Assembly: GCA_964577555.1 (NCBI GenBank)
Contig: CAZNZM010000006.1
Location: forward strand, 37,501-69,500
Direction of reading: 5' to 3'
Length of the DNA stretch: 32,000 bases
Origin: an uncultured archaeon
GTDB taxonomy: Archaea; Iainarchaeota; Iainarchaeia; Iainarchaeales; Iainarchaeaceae
In this document: in pieces, positions 26,467 to 32,000 of the stretch
How the letters are laid out: each line of letters starts with the position of its first letter
Position numbering within the stretch: position 1 is the first letter of the stretch
The notes under the pieces: generated by a model
What the model saw: only the letters and a program-made list of their open reading frames with translations
Told to the model about the DNA's origin: nothing
Database searches by the model: none
Made by a program: the position numbers and the translations under genes

Positions 26467-27345
26467 TTAAATCACTAATTTTTTGAATTTTATGCTTCCA
26501 ATGAGCCTGCTTGTTTTGACTGCCAAGACATAGCAGATTCCTAATAGTATTATTAACAAGGCGTGCAAAGGAGAGTTGTTTTTGATAAAGGTTATTCCTC
26601 TTGGACTGCTTAACTCAAATTTTCCGTTGTTTTTCCATAATCCAGTGGCTACTTTAAAGTCTTCTAATGGATCAACAAGGAAGCCATATTTTATGTGAAG
26701 AAAGTTTTCGCAAACTTTTGTAGGATGTTTTTTGTAAAGCAGGACATCGTTTTGGTGGTATTCAAGTCTTTTCAGTACGTACTTTAAGAAGTTAAAAACG
26801 CCTTTCGGCTTGGTTTCTTTGTGGTCGTGGAAATATTTTGCTTCAACTTGCTTGAATTCATACCCCAAATCCATTATTTTGAATGTCAAATCCGTGTCTT
26901 CTCTGTAATATTTGTATTCTGGGTCGTAACCACCTACTTTGGTTAAAAGATATCGTCTGAATGCTGTTGAGGTTCCTCCGTATCCGCCATAAGAACTTAC
27001 AACTCCGACTTTTTGCGAATCAAATCCGGATACTATTTTTTCTAGCCAATCTTTTTCCGCAATGCAATCATGATCCATATTAACTACTATTTCGTATTTT
27101 GATTTTTTTATTCCAAGGTTTCTTGCAGCGCAAACCCCAGAGTTTTTTTGATGAAACACTTTCAACTTGTTTTTGTCTTTGTGTTCAGCGTAGTTGTCCA
27201 ATAATTCAGAGGTTCCGTCAGTGCTTCCGTCATCAACCACTATTATTTCGTATTTTCCATTAAATTTTTGTGATAGTAAGCTGTCCAAAACCCTTTCAAT
27301 TGTTTTTTTTCCGTTATATGTGGCTACTACAATGCTTGCATTCAT
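26467..27345 (-). CDS. GT2 glycosyltransferase with C-terminal transmembrane segment
   Basis: ASIVVATYNGKKTIERVLDSL, YEIIVVDDGSTDGTSELLDNYA, ARNLGIKKSKYEIVVNMDHDCIAEKDWL, STAFRRYLLTKVGGYD, YREDTDLTFKIMDLGY. Start could be upstream ATG 27366. Confidence 0.9.
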   Translation of the reverse strand: MNASIVVATYNGKKTIERVLDSLLSQKFNGKYEIIVVDDGSTDGTSELLDNYAEHKDKNKLKVFHQKNSGVCAARNLGIKKSKYEIVVNMDHDCIAEKDWLEKIVSGFDSQKVGVVSSYGGYGGTSTAFRRYLLTKVGGYDPEYKYYREDTDLTFKIMDLGYEFKQVEAKYFHDHKETKPKGVFNFLKYVLKRLEYHQNDVLLYKKHPTKVCENFLHIKYGFLVDPLEDFKVATGLWKNNGKFELSSPRGITFIKNNSPLHALLIILLGICYVLAVKTSRLIGSIKFKKLVI

Positions 27346-27362
27346 GTTTTTTGTCATCAAAT

Positions 27363-27860
27363 TCACTTTTCCAAATAATTTTCAATTATTTTTATTATGT
27401 TTCCATTTTCAAGTTTTTTCGGCTTGAATTCTTTCGCTTTTTCAATTGTTTCTTCAAGTTTGCTTGTTTCAGTTACTGCAATGCCAAGCCCTTTTTCTTG
27501 TATTGCTTTTGCGAGTTCTAATTGATGGTTGTCTGTGTGCTCTTCAAGATTTTTCATTCTTGGCACTACAATAATTTTTTTTTCCATTCTGTTGCATGCT
27601 CCAAATGTTCCGGCACCAGCGTGCATTATGACAATATCAGCCCAACTTATTTTTTTTGAAAATTCTTCAATTCCTAAAAAATTTTTGTGTTTGAAATTAT
27701 TTGGTTTGTAGTCGGAAAATCCTGTTTGGGCAAAAATTTCATATTTTCCTTTTTGGGCTATTTTTTCCATTTCTTTTATGAGCCTGTTGAATTGTTGAGG
27801 GTGTGTTCCCACAGTCACGAATATTTTCAATCTTTTTTCTTTTTGGTTTTCTTTTTTCAA
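27363..27860 (-). CDS. Alg13/PssE-like UDP-GlcNAc transferase catalytic subunit (GT28 C-terminal domain)
   Basis: KIFVTVGTHPQQFNRLIKEMEKIAQ, FLGIEEFSKKISWADIVIMHAGAGTFGACNRMEKKIIVVPRMKNLEEHTDNHQLELAKAIQEKGLGIAV. Confidence 0.88.
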   Translation of the reverse strand: MKKENQKEKRLKIFVTVGTHPQQFNRLIKEMEKIAQKGKYEIFAQTGFSDYKPNNFKHKNFLGIEEFSKKISWADIVIMHAGAGTFGACNRMEKKIIVVPRMKNLEEHTDNHQLELAKAIQEKGLGIAVTETSKLEETIEKAKEFKPKKLENGNIIKIIENYLEK

Positions 27861-28315
27861 AAAATACTCCCTCCATATACGCCTTTGGGATAAAATTTTT
27901 CAAGTTCTTTCCATTGGTAAATGAATAAGTCGCAAAAAAGGTAAGCTATTTTGCCGCTGAGCGATGGCTCTTTTATTCTGCAAAAACTTTCAATAAAAAT
28001 TGTTTTTTTGCCAAAAAATTTTCCGACAAGGCAAGCTATGACACCTATGTGTGATCCTGTTGAAATTATTGCATCTGGTTTTTCTTTTTGAATTATTTTC
28101 CAGCAATCAAGAAAGCATTTCAAATATAGTAAAGGGTTTCTGTTTGGGTATTGTGCGAAAAAAACTTTTTCCGATTTTGCGAGGCTTTTAGTGTCTTCTC
28201 TTTCAAACGTTATGAAAAAATGGTTTTTTTTTGTATAGAACTCTTTTAAGCCGGTTAATTCTGAAAGGTGTCCTCCGGCAGAGCAAGCCAAACAGATTTT
28301 TTTTTCTTGTTTCAT
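27857..28315 (-). CDS. Alg14/PssD-like UDP-GlcNAc transferase membrane-anchor subunit
   Basis: KICLACSAGGHLSELTGLKEFYTKKNHFFITFEREDTKSL, KPDAIISTGSHIGVIACLVGKFFGKKTIFIESFCRIKEPSLSGKIAY; ATGA overlap with the Alg13-like gene. Confidence 0.88.
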   Translation of the reverse strand: MKQEKKICLACSAGGHLSELTGLKEFYTKKNHFFITFEREDTKSLAKSEKVFFAQYPNRNPLLYLKCFLDCWKIIQKEKPDAIISTGSHIGVIACLVGKFFGKKTIFIESFCRIKEPSLSGKIAYLFCDLFIYQWKELEKFYPKGVYGGSIF

Positions 28316-28340
28316 GAAAATGAAATTGTTTTTTTATGGT

Positions 28341-28347
28341 TATAAGC
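28341..28347 (-). promoter_or_regulatory. Archaeal TATA-box-like element (GCTTATA) for the minus-strand transcript starting near 28315
   Basis: Minus strand GCTTATA about 28 nt upstream of ATG 28315; same GCTTATA core as at 8079-8085. Confidence 0.55.
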
Positions 28348-28431
28348 TTAATGGGGCAATTGGCAAAAAATGTAGTGAAAATGCTTTTTTGAGGCTTTTC
28401 AAGGGGATTTTTATTTTTTTGGTTTAATTTC

Positions 28432-28441
28432 AGCTTAAAAA
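28432..28441 (+). promoter_or_regulatory. Archaeal TATA-box-like element (AGCTTAAAAA) for the AglB transcript
   Basis: agcttaaaaa centred about 27 nt upstream of ATG 28464. Confidence 0.45.
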
Positions 28442-28463
28442 CCTTATCAATAATGTTTTTGTA

Positions 28464-30473
28464 ATGCTTTTTGAATTGTTGAAGAAAAAGCTTTCAGGCA
28501 GAAAAAAGGAAATTGCTTTTATCGTGCTTGTTTTTCTGCTTGCTTTTGGAGTTCGCGGTCATCTTATTCAGCATCAGCTTTTCTTTGAGTTCGATTCTTA
28601 CTATCATGGCAGAATGGCTGAGTATTGGATTACTTCAGGTACAATACCTGTGATTGATCCAATGGCTTATTATCAATTGCCTGAAGGCGGTTCCAGAATG
28701 CCGAGTGTTGGCTATTTTTTTTGGATTTTTACAGGCACGATATTTGCTGTTGTTTATAAAATCTTGACTTTGAATGCGCCTTACAGCAAGGACGCCTGGA
28801 TAATTGCAATAAAGTTTTTTCCAGCAATTTTTGGCGCATTGATATCTGTTGCAATGTATTTTCTTGGCAAGGAAATGTACGGCAAAAAAACTGGAGTTGT
28901 ATTCGCTTTTTTTGCGGCAATTATTCCAGCTTTTGTTTACAGGACAATGGCTGGTTTTTTTGAAGATGATTCGCTTGGTTTTTTGCCTATGATTATTGCA
29001 ATGGTGTTTTTTGTCAGGGCAATGAAGAATGCTGAATTTAACAAGTCAACTGTGTTGAATTCTGTGCTTGCGGCTTTTTTCATGTTTTTAATGGCTATTA
29101 CTTGGCAAGGATTTGGATTTGCTTGGTTGATTTATCCGCCTTATTTTGTTGCTACTGTAATAATGATGTTTATGAGGCGCGAGCCTATTGAAAAAATAAT
29201 TAATCTTTCCAAAAACTTTGCCGTATTCTTTTTGCTTATGGTTGGTTCGGTGACAATTGTTCTTGGTCCTTGGTGGCTTTCTTTTGCACTTGACAACCTT
29301 GGAAATTATTTGCCGGTCTCTGCATCAAATATAGAGCACCTTTCCACAGGCAGGATTGAAGATAAAAGCGTGTTTTCTGTAAGCATAGGCGAAGAATCAC
29401 AAGGAATAAAGTATTGGTTCAACAAGTATAATGCATTAGTAATATTACCAATTATTGCGATTTTGATTTATGTTGTTGCAATAATTTTAGCTGTTTTTGA
29501 ATATTTTTCCAAGCCGAGCGGAGAAAACGCAGAAAAAACAAAACCAGCAAATATGGTGTTGAAGCGTCCGGGCGATTATGTATCTTTCCTTGTTTTATTT
29601 TGGGTTTTGCTTTGCATGACTATGGCTTATGTAAAACTAAAATATACTTATGTTTTTGGCTTGCCAATTGCTGCCGCCATTGGGGTTGTATTTTTTGAAA
29701 TTTTTCAATGGGTTGGAGAAAAACCGAGTTTTGAAAAGAAATTTGTTGCAGTGTCATTCGGCTTCATGTTCCTTACTGGCGTTGCTGCAGGAACTTATTT
29801 TGTTTCCCAAAACTATCCAAACATTGAAGAAAATACAGGTTGGAAGGAAGCACTTTATTGGATTAGGGATAATACTCCGCCAGGTTCAAAAATATTTAAT
29901 TGGTGGGACGAAGGGCATTGGATTTCATTCATAGCGGAAAGAAGAGTAAGTGCAGACAACAGAAATTATTCAACAAAGGTTAATGCGGAAATCGCAAAAT
30001 TTATTTTGTCTTCAAATCCTGATGAAGCAAAACAAATAATTGACAAGTACGGTTCTGATTATATTGTTCTTGACGAAGGAATGATTAGCAGGCTGAATCC
30101 TTTAGTATTGTATGCTTATGAAACTGACAGTGTAGACCAGGAAAAATTGATTTATTATAATACTTATGCCTTGCCTTGTAATAAGCAAAAAGACATTTCT
30201 AACCAGGTAACTTACAATTGTTCAGGAATTCAAATGTCTGAATCACAATATTTGTCTTTGCCGTCTAAAAGAATAGAACAACCTAATGCGCCACTAGACC
30301 AAAGAACCAAGGTATTTGCTTATCGTGACGAAGAAGGGCAAAAGTTGTTCCTTTTGAATAAAGCTTCTAATGATACTATGATAGCTCGGCTTTTCTTTGC
30401 TCCGGAATCGATACCTTGGGTTGAAAAGGTTTATGACAAGAAAGAAGTTAAAATTTACAAAGTAGTTAAATGA
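28464..30473 (+). CDS. aglB: STT3/AglB-type dolichyl-phosphooligosaccharide-protein glycotransferase
   Basis: Multi-TM N-terminal half with FFEFDSYYHGRMAEYW and GFFEDDSLGFLPM acidic motifs; catalytic signature TPPGSKIFNWWDEGHWISF (TGG TGG GAC GAA GGG at 29901-29915). Confidence 0.94.
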   Translation: MLFELLKKKLSGRKKEIAFIVLVFLLAFGVRGHLIQHQLFFEFDSYYHGRMAEYWITSGTIPVIDPMAYYQLPEGGSRMPSVGYFFWIFTGTIFAVVYKILTLNAPYSKDAWIIAIKFFPAIFGALISVAMYFLGKEMYGKKTGVVFAFFAAIIPAFVYRTMAGFFEDDSLGFLPMIIAMVFFVRAMKNAEFNKSTVLNSVLAAFFMFLMAITWQGFGFAWLIYPPYFVATVIMMFMRREPIEKIINLSKNFAVFFLLMVGSVTIVLGPWWLSFALDNLGNYLPVSASNIEHLSTGRIEDKSVFSVSIGEESQGIKYWFNKYNALVILPIIAILIYVVAIILAVFEYFSKPSGENAEKTKPANMVLKRPGDYVSFLVLFWVLLCMTMAYVKLKYTYVFGLPIAAAIGVVFFEIFQWVGEKPSFEKKFVAVSFGFMFLTGVAAGTYFVSQNYPNIEENTGWKEALYWIRDNTPPGSKIFNWWDEGHWISFIAERRVSADNRNYSTKVNAEIAKFILSSNPDEAKQIIDKYGSDYIVLDEGMISRLNPLVLYAYETDSVDQEKLIYYNTYALPCNKQKDISNQVTYNCSGIQMSESQYLSLPSKRIEQPNAPLDQRTKVFAYRDEEGQKLFLLNKASNDTMIARLFFAPESIPWVEKVYDKKEVKIYKVVK

Positions 30474-30474
30474 G

Positions 30475-31476
30475 GTGGCTACTTTGCAACTTTTTTTATC
30501 TCTTACAATTATTTTTCTTTCATCATTTTTTTTGACTTATTTTGTCACGCCGATAATGATAAGGAAAATTTCCAAGCGAGGAATTGTCGGAAAAGATATG
30601 AACAAAATCGGAAAACCAAAAGTGGCAGAGATGGGCGGAATAAGCCTGATGCTTGGAATTTCTTTGGGAATAATAATTGCTACATTTATTTCAACTTATT
30701 TGGGCATTTTAAAATTCGATTTGAAAATACTTTTTGCATCATTTTTAACAATTTTTTTTGTAGGATTTATTGGGGTAATAGATGATTTAATAGGGTGGAG
30801 AACAGGCATCAGACAATGGCAACATGCTCTTTTTCCGTTGTTTGCAGCTTTGCCGCTAATGGCTATAAATGCAGGCACAAAAACTTTTTTTATTCCATTT
30901 TTAGGCGAAGTAAATGTTGGAATTTTTTACTCGCTTTTGCTTGTGCCTTTGGGAATTACAGGTGCAAGCAATGCATTGAATATGTTGGCTGGTTTTAATG
31001 GACTTGAAGCAGGATTGGGAGTTTTAATAGTTTCAACGCTTTCATTAATATCTTTCATGACTGGGAAAATAGAGGCACTTATAATAGGAATTGCAATTTT
31101 AGCCTCTTTGCTTGCTTTTCTTCGTTATAATTGGTACCCTGCCAAAGTATTTGGCGGGGATTCGTTAACTCTTATGATAGGAGCAAGCATTGCAACAATT
31201 TCAATAATCGGAAACATGGAAAAAGTCGGGGTTTTGATTATTGCTTTGCATTGGATAGAACTTGTTTTCAAGGCGAAGCACAAGTTTCAAAGCCAATCAT
31301 TCGGGATTCCGCAAAAAGACGGCACTCTTGCTCCTGATCCGCGTGGCGGTTCGCTAACCCACTTTATAATGAAGCAAGGAAGATTCACTGAACAACAAGT
31401 TGTTTTGATTTTGCTAAGCGCTCAAACAATTGTTTGTTTAATTGTATTTGGAATGTTTTATTTTAAATTGTTTTAA
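30475..31476 (+). CDS. Polyprenyl-phosphate GlcNAc-1-phosphate transferase (GPT/Alg7/MraY-WecA superfamily)
   Basis: GTG start. GIVGKDMNKIGKPKVAEMGGISLMLGISLG, FVGFIGVIDDLIGWRTG, GITGASNALNMLAGFNGLEAGLGVL, YNWYPAKVFGGDSLTLMIGASIA. Confidence 0.93.
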   Translation: MATLQLFLSLTIIFLSSFFLTYFVTPIMIRKISKRGIVGKDMNKIGKPKVAEMGGISLMLGISLGIIIATFISTYLGILKFDLKILFASFLTIFFVGFIGVIDDLIGWRTGIRQWQHALFPLFAALPLMAINAGTKTFFIPFLGEVNVGIFYSLLLVPLGITGASNALNMLAGFNGLEAGLGVLIVSTLSLISFMTGKIEALIIGIAILASLLAFLRYNWYPAKVFGGDSLTLMIGASIATISIIGNMEKVGVLIIALHWIELVFKAKHKFQSQSFGIPQKDGTLAPDPRGGSLTHFIMKQGRFTEQQVVLILLSAQTIVCLIVFGMFYFKLF

Positions 31477-31490
31477 CTTTTATTTTTTTC

Positions 31491-31868
31491 ATGAAGAAAA
31501 TTTACGTTGTCGGAAATTTGTTTTTGAAAGAAGACTCTTTGCCTTTGAAAATAATGCCGTTGCTTGCCAAGAAATTTCCTGAAATAAAATTCATTGAATT
31601 TGATCCGACTGAAAATTTTCCCAAAGAAAAAAATATTTTAATATTGGATACTGTTGCAGGATTGAAAAAAGCTTGTTTGATAAGCGATATTTCGGAATTT
31701 GAATTTCAAAAGCCTTATTCGTTGCACGACTTTGACTTGGGTTTGAACCTTAAATTAATGCAAAAAATCGGTTATATAAAAAAATTTACTATTGTTGGCG
31801 TTCCTCAAAAAATTTCAAAAAAAGAAGCTATAATTCAGGTTTCAAGGCTTATAAAATCTCTTTTGTGA
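31491..31868 (+). CDS. Hydrogenase-maturation-protease-like (HycI/HybD, peptidase A31 fold) small protein
   Basis: KKIYVVGNLFLKEDSLPLKIMPLL, ILILDTVAGLK, YSLHDFDLGLNLKLMQKIGYIKKFTIVGVPQ; candidate metal ligands (Glu/Asp, Asp, His) sit at family-like positions. Confidence 0.65.
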   Translation: MKKIYVVGNLFLKEDSLPLKIMPLLAKKFPEIKFIEFDPTENFPKEKNILILDTVAGLKKACLISDISEFEFQKPYSLHDFDLGLNLKLMQKIGYIKKFTIVGVPQKISKKEAIIQVSRLIKSLL

Positions 31869-31913
31869 AATTTTACTAAACTTTTCTGTTTTTTTTATAT
31901 TTAGAAAAATTTT

Positions 31914-31980
31914 TTTGTTTTTTTTGCAAGCCGAGTTTTTTTTGTTTTTTTTTGTGAGCCGTTTTTTTGTCATTTTTCTT
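31914..31980. repeat. T-rich imperfect repeat, same family as 2409-2725
   Basis: ttttttgcaagccgagttttttttg and ttttttttgtgagccgtttttttgtcattttt match the GCRAGCYG / T-tract / GTCATTTT unit near 2500-2710. Confidence 0.7.
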
Positions 31981-32000
31981 TTTTTTTTGAATTCTTTTTT

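Noticed and set aside
1-32000. Possible phage-defence or toxin-antitoxin system
   Set aside because: All sizeable ORFs on both strands are accounted for by glycan biosynthesis or transfer functions; no nuclease, helicase, toxin or recombinase motifs were recognised.

Overview
This window looks like a roughly 30 kb archaeal surface-glycan / protein N-glycosylation locus. It is AT-rich and densely packed, with ATGA-type overlaps and TATA-like promoters. I infer a DPANN-like host, but nothing in the window proves taxonomy.

Recognisable parts:
(1) An edge-truncated LPG-synthase/UPF0104-like membrane protein that is absent from the ORF track.
(2) Two large GT-C-like membrane proteins.
(3) A DPM1-like GT2, a nucleotide-sugar 6-dehydrogenase, five extended-SDR epimerases/dehydratases including RmlB, and RmlA.
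(4) A DegT-fold enzyme in which the PLP lysine is replaced by histidine, as in RfbH/ColD 3-dehydrases.
(5) An hddA-gmhA-gmhB-like heptose-phosphate module.
(6) Several GT4 and GT2 glycosyltransferases, two methyltransferases, a Wzx-like flippase and a B12-type radical SAM protein.
(7) A split Alg13/Alg14-like pair, an AglB/STT3 oligosaccharyltransferase (WWDEG), a GPT/Alg7-like phosphoglycosyltransferase, and a small hydrogenase-maturation-protease-like protein.

The most notable points are the archaeal heptose module next to a Lys-to-His 3-dehydrase (a possible 3-deoxy or 3,6-dideoxy sugar), an imperfect T-tract repeat family shared by both ends of the window, and the orphan HycI-like protein beside the oligosaccharyltransferase. 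I found no CRISPR array, no tRNA or rRNA, and no defence system. All family calls come from reading motifs; no database search was run.
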